Made by a program: the position numbers and the translations under genes. DNA of 64,000 nt, taken from the NCBI GenBank assembly GCA_910586675.1, contig CAJUJO010000001.1, forward strand, positions 6,377-70,376. Reading direction: 5' to 3'. This stretch comes from an uncultured Christensenellaceae bacterium. Lineage in GTDB: Bacteria > Bacillota > Clostridia > Christensenellales > Borkfalkiaceae. Below are positions 43,617 through 52,117 of this stretch, piece by piece; position 1 is the stretch's first letter, and every line of letters begins with the position of its first letter. The notes under the pieces are model-generated. The model was given only the letters and a program-made list of their open reading frames with translations. It searched no databases and was not told where the DNA came from.

Positions 43617-44904
43617 TCTTTTATCGGCGGCGGACGTCTGGCGGACGATAGGCTCCGTTTTGCTCGCCATTTTGATTTTGCTTGTCATGATAACGATCCA
43701 CGAATTCGGGCATTACATCGCGGGCAAGATCTTTCATTTCAAAATCAACGAATTTTCCATCGGGTTCGGACCCGCGCTCTTTAAGAAAAAGAACAAAAAG
43801 ACGGGCGAGTTATTCGCCGTCCGTCTGATTCCGCTCGGCGGTTACTGCGCGTTCGATGGCGAAGACGGGCTGGAAGAAGAGGAGAATGGAAAAAAGGAAG
43901 CGCTTCCCGAACCTTTTGACGAAGCTACCGAAACGGGGATGAAGGAGAGCGCGGAGCGCGTCGAAGGGGATGACCCGCAGCAGAACGCGGAAGTTCCGCA
44001 GGCGGAAACGGTAGAACAAAAAGAGCCGCACCCCGACGCATTTACAAAGAAGCCCCCTTGGCAGCGCATTATCGTGCTCGTGGCGGGCGCGATCATGAAT
44101 TATCTGCTCGCGCTTGTCCTTATCATGATCGGAATTACCGCATACGGGCAGACGATGGTCATGGCGTACGAAGTAAAAGCGGGGGAAGGCGCATACGCCG
44201 AATACAGCTTACAGGATCGGGATGTCTTTTTGCAAGCCGAAGGGAAAAATCTATACCTTACGACGGACATCGCCCGCGCCGTGAACGGCAAAAAACAGGG
44301 CGATTTGGTGAAGTTCCGCGTTTCCCGCGTGGTCGGTAAGACGACGGACGGTAAAAATATCCGCGAAGAGCAGGAAATATCCGTTATGCTCCGTGCGGAT
44401 GCCGCGGTTACAAACAGTTCTGATTTGAAAAGCGTATGGGATGCGCTCGGCATCCGGAATACCGCGGAAGAGGGCGTAGAGGGCGGCGGACTTCAACTGT
44501 ATTCCACCGTTTACCGTTTCGGATTCTGGGAGAGCGTTGGGCGTTCGTTCGTATACTCTTTCAAAATCGCAGGTTCGATCTTTCAGGTGCTCGGCGAGCT
44601 CCTCACGGGCAGATTAGGGCTTTCGGCGTTCGGAGGCCCCGTTACGACCATTACGATGACTTCACAGATGGTTTCGCAGGGTTTCCGTTCTTTCCTTGAA
44701 ATTGCGGGCTTTATCGGCGTCAATCTCGCCGTGTTTAATCTTTTGCCCATTCCCGCCCTCGACGGCAGCAAGGTGATTTTTACCGCAATCGAATGGGTGC
44801 GCAAAAAGCCCATAAGCCGCAAAGTCGAAGCAATCATCCACGGCGTGGGATTTATTCTTCTGCTCGGGTTCGCCGTGCTCGTCGATATTCTGCAATTCAT
44901 ATAA
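43606..44904 (+). CDS. rseP: RIP zinc metalloprotease RseP/RasP (M50, site-2 protease)
   Basis: HEFGHY zinc motif in TM1, NLLPIPALDG, and a central PDZ-like region. Overlaps dxr by 11 nt. Confidence 0.9.
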   Translation: MLNNLLSAADVWRTIGSVLLAILILLVMITIHEFGHYIAGKIFHFKINEFSIGFGPALFKKKNKKTGELFAVRLIPLGGYCAFDGEDGLEEEENGKKEALPEPFDEATETGMKESAERVEGDDPQQNAEVPQAETVEQKEPHPDAFTKKPPWQRIIVLVAGAIMNYLLALVLIMIGITAYGQTMVMAYEVKAGEGAYAEYSLQDRDVFLQAEGKNLYLTTDIARAVNGKKQGDLVKFRVSRVVGKTTDGKNIREEQEISVMLRADAAVTNSSDLKSVWDALGIRNTAEEGVEGGGLQLYSTVYRFGFWESVGRSFVYSFKIAGSIFQVLGELLTGRLGLSAFGGPVTTITMTSQMVSQGFRSFLEIAGFIGVNLAVFNLLPIPALDGSKVIFTAIEWVRKKPISRKVEAIIHGVGFILLLGFAVLVDILQFI

Positions 44905-45092
44905 CGAATGCGCGCAGCAGCGCTCCGCTTTACCGGCGGGGCGCTGATTGCATTCAAAAAACGCAATATCCCCGATAAACGAAATAAGCGGACGTTAAGC
45001 AAAATTCAAAAAGCTTTTCTGCGGAAGTTGTGAAAATACTCAAGCTATTTCCGTGGAAGAAGCGGAAAAGTAAAAAATTAGGGGTAAAAAAT

Positions 45093-45124
45093 AAAAGCCC
45101 GCGGGGTAACCCGCGGACTTTTTT
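45093..45124. terminator. bidirectional rho-independent terminator
   Basis: AAAA-G-CCGCGGG-GTAA-CCCGCGG-AC-TTTTTT between convergent rseP and thiT. Confidence 0.7.
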
Positions 45125-45135
45125 CTTCGGGAAAT

Positions 45136-46350
45136 TTATTCCTGCGTTTCCGCTTTTTCTTCCCGTTTCCGTTCGGCGACGTTGAATCTCCGCGCCTGCT
45201 TCACCAAGGAAGGGGAGCTGAACGCGAGCACGCCCGCCGCGATCACGACGGCGACGTCGACGAATACGAAGGAGTTATATCCCAGCGAATACACCCAAAC
45301 CTCCATGCCCGCTTCCGCGGCATAGGCGGAAAAGGCGAACACGCCGGAAAGCACGTGGCTTATGAAGCGGAACGCGCTCGCAACGACTGCGCCGAGCGCA
45401 AATTGAATCTGAGGCAGCTTTTCCAGCTTCTTCGCATTTGCGAACAAGCCCGCAAGCCCGATTCCCGCGAACGCGACGGGGTAGTCTAGCATAAACTGCG
45501 CGGGATGAATGATCCAGGGATCCTGAACGGCTTGCAGCACGCCGTAAATCAGTCCTGCGAACACGCCCTTTCTGGTGCCGAACATATACGAGTAAATCAT
45601 CAGCGGCAACAGGGAAGCGACGGTTACCGAACCGCCCTGCGGCATCTGTGCGATTCTTAAGTAGGAAAGGGCAAAGGAGAGGGCAATGCAAATGGCGGCG
45701 TAAGCGATAGACTTGGAATCGAAGTCCTTTTTGCCCTTGTCGAAGAGGAATCCGAGCGCGGCGATTGCGCCGAGCAGGAGCGCTGCCGAAATATAAAGCA
45801 CGATTTGGTTGACCGTTGCAACATCGGAGTTAAAATAACCGTCTCCGTCAACGTTCTGCGCGTAATGTACGCCGATACAGACGAGCAGGGCTATGAGCGC
45901 CGCGCCCACAAGGCTTGCGCATACGATCGCCGTAATCTTGAAGGGCTTTTTCCCGAAGTAAGAGGAAGCGTAAACGACTGCCGCGCCGAGGAGCAGCGTT
46001 CCCGCGAGCACGGCTGCGGGGGCTAGCAGGAGCGCTTCCACGCGCCCTTTTTCGGCGAGCTCGGCAAATTCCAACGACAGCATGGCAAGAATGACGGTTA
46101 CGGCGAAGCCGACGGCGAGCGCCGCCGCCGTTTTCATGTAGCCGCCGAGCGCTTCCTGTTTTTTGGACCGTACTACGAAGCCGACGGCGATTAAAACGAC
46201 GGCGAGCGCGATCGCGGCGTACAGGAATACGCTCGTCAGGCAGTTTTTGGCGTATTCCGTCCAAACTTCTTTGTAAAGGTAGCCGAGCGTATTGCCGCTT
46301 TCGTCCTTTACTTCGTCCGCATACGAGGCGAGCAGGGAATTGAGTAACAT
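45136..46350 (-). CDS. thiT: thiamine ECF-transporter S component ThiT fused to a ~205-aa five-TM N-terminal extension
   Basis: The C-terminal ~195 aa has MPQGGSVT, MLDYPVAFAGIGLAGLF and HVLSG..F....A.......WVYSLGYN, as in ThiT/YuaJ. It lies downstream of a TPP riboswitch. The N-terminal half has five extra hydrophobic helices. Confidence 0.85.
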   Translation of the reverse strand: MLLNSLLASYADEVKDESGNTLGYLYKEVWTEYAKNCLTSVFLYAAIALAVVLIAVGFVVRSKKQEALGGYMKTAAALAVGFAVTVILAMLSLEFAELAEKGRVEALLLAPAAVLAGTLLLGAAVVYASSYFGKKPFKITAIVCASLVGAALIALLVCIGVHYAQNVDGDGYFNSDVATVNQIVLYISAALLLGAIAALGFLFDKGKKDFDSKSIAYAAICIALSFALSYLRIAQMPQGGSVTVASLLPLMIYSYMFGTRKGVFAGLIYGVLQAVQDPWIIHPAQFMLDYPVAFAGIGLAGLFANAKKLEKLPQIQFALGAVVASAFRFISHVLSGVFAFSAYAAEAGMEVWVYSLGYNSFVFVDVAVVIAAGVLAFSSPSLVKQARRFNVAERKREEKAETQE

Positions 46351-46390
46351 AAAAAACCTCCGAAAAATTTTCTATTTCTACCCGCCCGAT

Positions 46391-46422
46391 AAGAAAAGCC
46401 GCCCGCAGACTTCTGCGGGCGG
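46391..46422 (-). terminator. intrinsic terminator forming the expression platform of the TPP riboswitch
   Basis: Minus strand: CCGCCCGCAGAAGTCTGCGGGCGG followed by CTTTTCTT, located between the aptamer and the thiT start. Confidence 0.6.
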
Positions 46423-46431
46423 AATTATCCT

Positions 46432-46525
46432 TAGAAAATCCTGTACTTTCGTTCAAGTATTACCTTGTCCGATTCAAATGGTATCATCTCAGCCGATTGC
46501 CCGGCACCCACGACGGATATGAAAT
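46432..46525 (-). promoter_or_regulatory. TPP (THI-box) riboswitch aptamer
   Basis: Minus strand: ..GUGGGUGCCGGGCAAUCGGCUGAGAUGAUACCAUUUGAAUCGGACAAGGUAAUACUUGAACGAAAG... It carries the conserved GGGUGC, CUGAGA, ACC..UGAA and UAAUAC elements upstream of a thiamine transporter. Boundaries are approximate. Confidence 0.75.
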
Positions 46526-46534
46526 TGTAATGAA

Positions 46535-46563
46535 ATTATATTCCTTATTTGCGCGAAAGTCAA
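46535..46563 (-). promoter_or_regulatory. sigma-70 promoter for the TPP riboswitch-thiT transcript
   Basis: Minus strand: TTGACT (46563-46558), 17 nt, TATAAT (46540-46535). Confidence 0.6.
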
Positions 46564-46592
46564 TTGTTTTTTCCTTCGGTTTGTAGTATAAT
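46564..46592 (+). promoter_or_regulatory. sigma-70-like promoter for the yfbR-like operon, back-to-back with the thiT promoter
   Basis: TTGTTT (46564-46569), 17 nt, TATAAT (46587-46592). Confidence 0.5.
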
Positions 46593-46610
46593 CGAAAAAA
46601 GAGGTGCATT

Positions 46611-47192
46611 GTGAAAAAGTTTTACGCATATATCGACAGAATGAAATTTATTAAACGCTGGCAACTCATGCGCTCCGTTCGGGAAGAGAACATTATGGAG
46701 CATTCCCATTCCGTCGCCGTGCTCACGCACGCGCTTGTTTCGATCGAAAACGGCGTGTTCGGCGGAAGAGTGAACGCCGAAAAGGCGGTGCTTTACGCGC
46801 TCTATCACGAGGTGAGCGAGGTCATGACGGGCGATATGCCCACGCCTGTGAAATATTTCAACAACAGCATTCACGGTGAATACGAGAAGCTGGAAAAGCT
46901 CGCCGTCGATAAGATAGCCGATACGCTCCCGCCCGAGTTGAAAGGGGAGCTCTACCCCTATTTGCAGGCGGATAAATCGTCGGAAGAATACAAATTCGTC
47001 AAGGCGGCGGATAAGCTTTCCGCCTATCTCAAATGTCTGGAAGAACTGCGTTCGGGCAATCACGAATTCACGCAGGCGGAAAAATCGGTCGGGCAGGCGC
47101 TCGCGGATATGAAGATGCGCTCGGTCGATTACTTTTTCGAGCATTTCATTCCCGCGTTCGCGCTCACGCTCGACGAGCTTGAGGGGCTTTGA
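46611..47192 (+). CDS. yfbR: HD-domain 5'-deoxynucleotidase (YfbR-like)
   Basis: 193 aa with a GTG start. RMKFIKRWQLMR..EENIMEHSHSVAV and YHEVSEVMTGDMPTPVK fit the YfbR pattern. Confidence 0.85.
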   Translation: MKKFYAYIDRMKFIKRWQLMRSVREENIMEHSHSVAVLTHALVSIENGVFGGRVNAEKAVLYALYHEVSEVMTGDMPTPVKYFNNSIHGEYEKLEKLAVDKIADTLPPELKGELYPYLQADKSSEEYKFVKAADKLSAYLKCLEELRSGNHEFTQAEKSVGQALADMKMRSVDYFFEHFIPAFALTLDELEGL

Positions 47193-47195
47193 AAA

Positions 47196-47948
47196 ATGGG
47201 CAAATTCCGAAAAAAGATCGCGCCGACGGCGGAAGGCTTGCAGCGCGCGCGGGAGCAGGAACGGCTCCGCGCCGAAAGCAAATCGCTTTGCGCCGAGGAA
47301 GACGTTTCGAAGCATAAGGACAGGCGGATCGCGGCGATCGTATTCTTTGCCGCGGCGGCGTTGCTGTTTGCGGTTTCCGTTGCGTTTACGGGGATCACGA
47401 TCGCCCGTATGCGAAGTTACGAGCTCGATTTTGTGCGCACGACGGGCACGGTTACCGATGATCGAATAATAGGCAGCCCGGGAAAGAAATTTATCGTTCT
47501 CGTCTTTACCTATTCTTACGGCGGGGCGGAATATTCCTTTGCGGATAACGTCCCGTTTCAAGGATTGCTCTCCGAAGCGATGAACACGGAAACGGAAATT
47601 TACGTTAATCCGAAAAAACCCGCCGAAGCGGTTCGCGTGAGTTCGTCGGGTGCGTTTTCCATTATTCCGACGGTGATTTTTGCTATTTCTGCGTTTTCGT
47701 TTATGATTGCCGTATGTTTGTCGGGCGGCGGATACCGGCGGCGCGCGCTCCTCGGCTATCTGCCCGTGTTTGCCGCGGGGATTGTATTTATGCTTCTGTT
47801 TTGGCTGGGACTTCCAAACGACGGCTTTGGCGCGGTATTTTCGCGCATGGGCGGCGCGACGGGGTATCTGTCGCTTTCCGTGCTTGCTGCGGTTGCCGCC
47901 GCGATTGACGGGGCAATAACGCTCCGATTCCGTAAAAAGAGAATATGA
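47196..47948 (+). CDS. DUF3592-like membrane protein (paralog 1)
   Basis: 250 aa. Charged N-terminus, a TM, the beta-rich block RMRSYELDFVRTTGTVTD...EIYVNPKKPAEAVRV, then three TM helices. Confidence 0.65.
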   Translation: MGKFRKKIAPTAEGLQRAREQERLRAESKSLCAEEDVSKHKDRRIAAIVFFAAAALLFAVSVAFTGITIARMRSYELDFVRTTGTVTDDRIIGSPGKKFIVLVFTYSYGGAEYSFADNVPFQGLLSEAMNTETEIYVNPKKPAEAVRVSSSGAFSIIPTVIFAISAFSFMIAVCLSGGGYRRRALLGYLPVFAAGIVFMLLFWLGLPNDGFGAVFSRMGGATGYLSLSVLAAVAAAIDGAITLRFRKKRI

Positions 47949-48733
47949 AAAAGAAAGAAAGCATTCAAAACGAAAAGCAGCGCCTTCACCAAGAGGAGGC
48001 GGCGCGATTGCGCGAGGAAAAGCGGTTAAGGCGCAGAAAGGAGAAAAAGCAGGCGGCTGTCGTCATGCTCCTCGTAGGTTTGGGTGCGTTCGTCGTTTCC
48101 CTCGTTTTTTTCGGGCTGCACGTAGCCCGTATGCGCGACTTTGAGCTCAATTATGTCCGTATGTACGGCACGGTAACCGATTTCAAAATCCACCACGCTT
48201 CGGGTACGCATTCGATGGGTACGACGCATTACAGCTACGTTTTTACCTATCGTTACGAGGGGAAGACGTACAAGGCGACCGATTCGGAAGCGTATAGCTG
48301 GCGAAACGAGGAGATGCTCGGCGAAAAGGTGGAAATTTACGTCAACCCTGCACAACCCGAACGTGCGGCTCGGGTAAAGACGGCGGACGGCTATTCCATC
48401 ATGGCGGCGGTGCCGTTTGTTATTTCGCTGCTTGCATTCTCCGTCGGCGGGCTGACCCTCGTCGGGCTCAAAGGGGGCGGATATGCAAAGCGTATTCTGT
48501 TCGTATGGCTGCCCGAATTGCTGTTTTGCGCGGCATATATACTGTTGTTCGCGCTGGGGCTCCCGCACGACGGGGTTGCCGCAATCTATGCGCGCACAAG
48601 GGGCGCAATCTGGGTTTCCGTCGGCGGCGGCGCTGTGATAGTTGCCGCGGCGATTGACGGTCTTATTACTTACAAATCAAGACCGAAGGATATCGACGGG
48701 CGCGTTGCTTCATGGCGTCGCTTAAAGAAATAA
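47945..48733 (+). CDS. DUF3592-like membrane protein (paralog 2)
   Basis: 262 aa with the same architecture (RMRDFELNYVRMYGTVTD...EIYVNPAQPERAARV...AAAIDGLIT). ATGA overlap with paralog 1. Confidence 0.65.
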   Translation: MKKKESIQNEKQRLHQEEAARLREEKRLRRRKEKKQAAVVMLLVGLGAFVVSLVFFGLHVARMRDFELNYVRMYGTVTDFKIHHASGTHSMGTTHYSYVFTYRYEGKTYKATDSEAYSWRNEEMLGEKVEIYVNPAQPERAARVKTADGYSIMAAVPFVISLLAFSVGGLTLVGLKGGGYAKRILFVWLPELLFCAAYILLFALGLPHDGVAAIYARTRGAIWVSVGGGAVIVAAAIDGLITYKSRPKDIDGRVASWRRLKK

Positions 48734-48759
48734 AGAAATAAACCTCCCCGCACGTTGAT

Positions 48760-48796
48760 ATGCACCCCAAAGGTTTGTCTAACTTTTGGGGTGCAT
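48760..48796. terminator. bidirectional terminator hairpin
   Basis: ATGCACCCCAAA-13 nt loop-TTTGGGGTGCAT between the convergent DUF3592 and mnmG genes. Confidence 0.65.
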
Positions 48797-48798
48797 GT

Positions 48799-50658
48799 TT
48801 ACTTTTTCAAGCTCAAATAAATCATCAAGACGGCGATGTCGGCGGGGTTTACGCCCGAGATGCGTTCCGCCTGCCCCAAATTCAAGGGGCGGACGCGCTG
48901 TAATTTCTCCCGCGCTTCCAGCCGCAGTCCGTCGATTTTTAAATAATCTATGTCGTCGGGCAAGGGCTTTTCTTCCATTTTGCGCGCCTTTGCGATTTGC
49001 TCTTCGCTCGCTTTCAAATACCCCGCATAGCGGATCTCCGTTTCCGCGCTGTCCTTTACGGCGGCGGGAACGTCTTCTAAGATGCCGAACGCTTCCGCAA
49101 CTTCCGGAAGGGGGATTCCCCTGCGGAGCAGATCGGCATAGGAAATTCCTCCCGAAAGGGGGGGATATCCGTATTTTTGTACGAGCGCGTCGGCAATTTT
49201 TCTGTCGGCGCGGGTATCGAGGAAGGCTATCGTATCGCGCAGCAGCTGTTTTCGCGCGAGAAACTTCCGATAGCGTTCTTTTGTGGCAAGCCCGCATTCA
49301 TATCCGATTTCCGTTAATCTCATATCGGCGTTATCCTGCCGCAGGGAAATGCGGAATTCCGCGCGCGAGGTCATCATGCGGTAGGGTTCGTCCGTGCCCT
49401 TCGTTACCAAATCGTCGATGAGCACACCGATATACGCCTGATCCCGCCGCAGGACAAGGGGCGGCATTCCGCGCAATTTCAAGGAAGCGTTCAAGCCCGC
49501 AATCAAGCCCTGCGCCGCCGCTTCCTCGTAGCCGCTCGTGCCGTTGATTTGTCCCGCCGTGTAAAGCCCTTCGATATTTTTATATTCGAGGGTGGGAAAT
49601 AAATCGAGCGTATCGATGCAGTCGTATTCGATGGCGTACGCATAGCGGACGATTTCGCAGTTTTCAAGCCCCGCTACGGTGCGGTACATCTGTTTTTGCA
49701 GGTCGTGCGGGAGGGAGGTGGAAAGCCCCTGCACATACACCTCCGTCGTATCCGCGCCCTCGGGTTCGAGGAAGAGCTGGTGCCGTTCCTTGTCGCGAAA
49801 GCGTACGACCTTCGTTTCGATAGAGGGGCAGTATCTGGGCCCCGTCGAAGAAATTTGTCCGTTATACAGCGGCGCGCGGTCGAGGTTGTTTAATATGACT
49901 TCGTGCGTCTTTTCGTTGGTATATGCAAGGTAACAGGGCGTCTGCGTTTCGGGCGATTCTTCGTTGAGAAAGGAAAAGGGCGGAACGTCTTCGCCCGCTT
50001 GAATTTGCAGGCGGGAATAATCCACCGTCCGTCCGTCCAGCCGCGCGGGGGTGCCCGTTTTGAAGCGGCGCACGCGGAAGCCGAGTTTTATCAGATTATC
50101 GGTCAAAAGAGTGGCGCTTGCAAAACCGTTGGGGCCGCTGGCCTTTACGACTTCGCCCGTGATCGTCTGCGAATTAAGGTAAACGCCCGTCGCGATCACG
50201 GCGGCGCGGCAGGAGATGATTCCCCCGTAAGCCGTTTTCACGCCCGTAATCCTTCCGTTCTCGGTGAGGATTTCCGCCGCTTCGCCCTGCAAGATGCGCA
50301 GATTTTCCGTATGCTCGAGCGTGCGTTTCATTTCGCGGTGGTAGGCGTTTTTATCCGTCTGTGCGCGGAGCGACTGCACCGCCGCGCCCTTGCCCGCGTT
50401 GAGCATGCGAATCTGAAGGGCGGTTTTATCGGCGTTTACGCCCATTTCTCCGCCCAAAGCGTCGATTTCGCGCACTAAATGCCCCTTCGCCGTTCCGCCG
50501 ACGGAGGGGTTGCAGGGCATAAAGCCGATGGAATCGAGGTTGAGGGTGAGCATGACCGTCTTTAAGCCCGTCCTAGCGAGTGCGAGCGCGGCTTCGCAGC
50601 CCGCGTGCCCCGCGCCGACGACGACGGCGTCGCATGCTCCTTCGGAAAAAGTATTCAT
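48799..50658 (-). CDS. mnmG: tRNA uridine-5-carboxymethylaminomethyl synthesis enzyme MnmG (GidA)
   Basis: 619 aa with the VVVGAGHAGCEAALA FAD motif and full-length GidA-like sequence. Confidence 0.97.
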   Translation of the reverse strand: MNTFSEGACDAVVVGAGHAGCEAALALARTGLKTVMLTLNLDSIGFMPCNPSVGGTAKGHLVREIDALGGEMGVNADKTALQIRMLNAGKGAAVQSLRAQTDKNAYHREMKRTLEHTENLRILQGEAAEILTENGRITGVKTAYGGIISCRAAVIATGVYLNSQTITGEVVKASGPNGFASATLLTDNLIKLGFRVRRFKTGTPARLDGRTVDYSRLQIQAGEDVPPFSFLNEESPETQTPCYLAYTNEKTHEVILNNLDRAPLYNGQISSTGPRYCPSIETKVVRFRDKERHQLFLEPEGADTTEVYVQGLSTSLPHDLQKQMYRTVAGLENCEIVRYAYAIEYDCIDTLDLFPTLEYKNIEGLYTAGQINGTSGYEEAAAQGLIAGLNASLKLRGMPPLVLRRDQAYIGVLIDDLVTKGTDEPYRMMTSRAEFRISLRQDNADMRLTEIGYECGLATKERYRKFLARKQLLRDTIAFLDTRADRKIADALVQKYGYPPLSGGISYADLLRRGIPLPEVAEAFGILEDVPAAVKDSAETEIRYAGYLKASEEQIAKARKMEEKPLPDDIDYLKIDGLRLEAREKLQRVRPLNLGQAERISGVNPADIAVLMIYLSLKK

Positions 50659-50672
50659 ACTGGGTTAAAATA

Positions 50673-52019
50673 TCATTGTTTCAGAATGGCGCTCTTGATG
50701 TCGTTCACGTCTTTCAAAACGGCATCGTTCACGCGCATGAGCTCGGCAATTTTGTCGCGCGCGTAGATGACGGTGGAGTGGTCTCTCCCGCCCATTTCCT
50801 TGCCGACGGAGATAAGGGGCAGGGCGAGCATTTCGCACATGAGGTAGGTGCAAATCTGGCGCGCCCGCACCAGCTCCTGCCGCTTGTTTTTGCCGATGAG
50901 GTCGGCTTTCGTGATGTTGTAATAGGAGCACGTGGCGCGGATAATGGCGTCGGGCGTGGCTTCCTCCTGCTCGTCGGCGTTGCCTATGGACTCTTGCAGT
51001 GCCGTCGCGGCGAGCTTTAAGGAGATAGGTTCTTCGTGCAGCTTGCTTGCGAAGATGACGGTGTTCAGCCTGCCTTCGAGCGTGCGCACGTTGTTGTCGG
51101 TATTCTTCACGAGGAAGGCGAGCACCTCGTCGGGCACAATATATTTCTTTTCCAGCGCCTTGCGCTTTAAGATGGCGATCTTCGTTTCCAAATCGGGCGG
51201 CTGAATGTCGGCGATCAAGCCCCCTTCGAATCGGGTGCGCAGGCGCTCTTCCAGCGTTGTGAGCTCCTTTGCAGGGCAGTCGGAGGAAATTACGATCTGT
51301 TTATGCTGGGCGAACAGCTCGTTAAAGGTATGGAAAAAGGCTTCCTGCACGCCGTACTTTCCCGCCCAAAATTGAATGTCGTCGATGATCAGCACGTCCA
51401 CGTTGCGGTAGCGGTTGCGGAAGCGCATTTCGTTGTCCCGTCCGCCGCCCTTCTTTGCGAAACTGTCGATATATTCGTTCAAGAATTTTTCGCTCGTCGT
51501 GTAGATGACTTTGAGCGAGGGCTTCTTTTCCGCGATTTCGTTGGCGATCGCCTGCATGAGGTGGGTTTTACCCAGCCCCGTGCCGCCGTAAATGTAAAGG
51601 GGATTGAAGTTTTCCCCCGGCGCTTCGGCGACCGATTTCGCCGCCGCAAACACGAATTTGTTGGAGGAGCCGACGACGTACGAATCGAAGGTATAGCGTT
51701 TATCGAGGACGACGGTCGTCTCTTCCACGGCGTCGGGCATTTCTCGAAGGGTATATTCCTCGCTCCCTTCCACGACGACGACGAAATCGACAAGCCCCAC
51801 GTCGGCGGAAACAACCGCCTCGCGCAGCTTTTCGGCAAGGCTTTTGGAGATGAGGCTTGCGGTGAGCTCCGTTTCCGCCTGCAACACGATTTTACGGTTC
51901 ACCACGTCCACGGGCACGAGGTTTTCGATGAACGTACTGTAAGAAATGGTATTCACGAGCGTCTTTGCCCGCTCGCGGATTTTATCCCATAAAAAATCAA
52001 ACTGTGCTTTTTCCGTCAT
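50673..52019 (-). CDS. dnaA: chromosomal replication initiator protein DnaA
   Basis: 448 aa with Walker A GGTGLGKTHL, the AAA+ core and the domain IV signature (..GGRDHSTVIYA..). Confidence 0.97.
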   Translation of the reverse strand: MTEKAQFDFLWDKIRERAKTLVNTISYSTFIENLVPVDVVNRKIVLQAETELTASLISKSLAEKLREAVVSADVGLVDFVVVVEGSEEYTLREMPDAVEETTVVLDKRYTFDSYVVGSSNKFVFAAAKSVAEAPGENFNPLYIYGGTGLGKTHLMQAIANEIAEKKPSLKVIYTTSEKFLNEYIDSFAKKGGGRDNEMRFRNRYRNVDVLIIDDIQFWAGKYGVQEAFFHTFNELFAQHKQIVISSDCPAKELTTLEERLRTRFEGGLIADIQPPDLETKIAILKRKALEKKYIVPDEVLAFLVKNTDNNVRTLEGRLNTVIFASKLHEEPISLKLAATALQESIGNADEQEEATPDAIIRATCSYYNITKADLIGKNKRQELVRARQICTYLMCEMLALPLISVGKEMGGRDHSTVIYARDKIAELMRVNDAVLKDVNDIKSAILKQ

Positions 52020-52117
52020 TTTACCCTCTGAAACGCTTCCGTTTTGCCGTTATTTTTGCTATAATTATAGTACAAAACGCCTTAAAAAGAAAGTGTTTTT
52101 GCGGAAAATTCGGTCAA

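Noticed and set aside
44905-45092. Synteny break after rseP (ispG/proS/polC expected) as a possible deletion scar or small gene.
   Set aside because: There is no ORF with an RBS and no repeat or remnant of the expected genes in any frame. It is only a convergent-gene spacer ending in a terminator.
52020-52117. oriC/DnaA-box cluster in the dnaA-recF spacer, including the palindromic TATAATTATA.
   Set aside because: There is no TTATCCACA-like 9-mer with two or fewer mismatches by eye. The spacer is only 98 bp and seems to hold just divergent promoter elements. The absence itself is reported as a finding rather than calling an origin.
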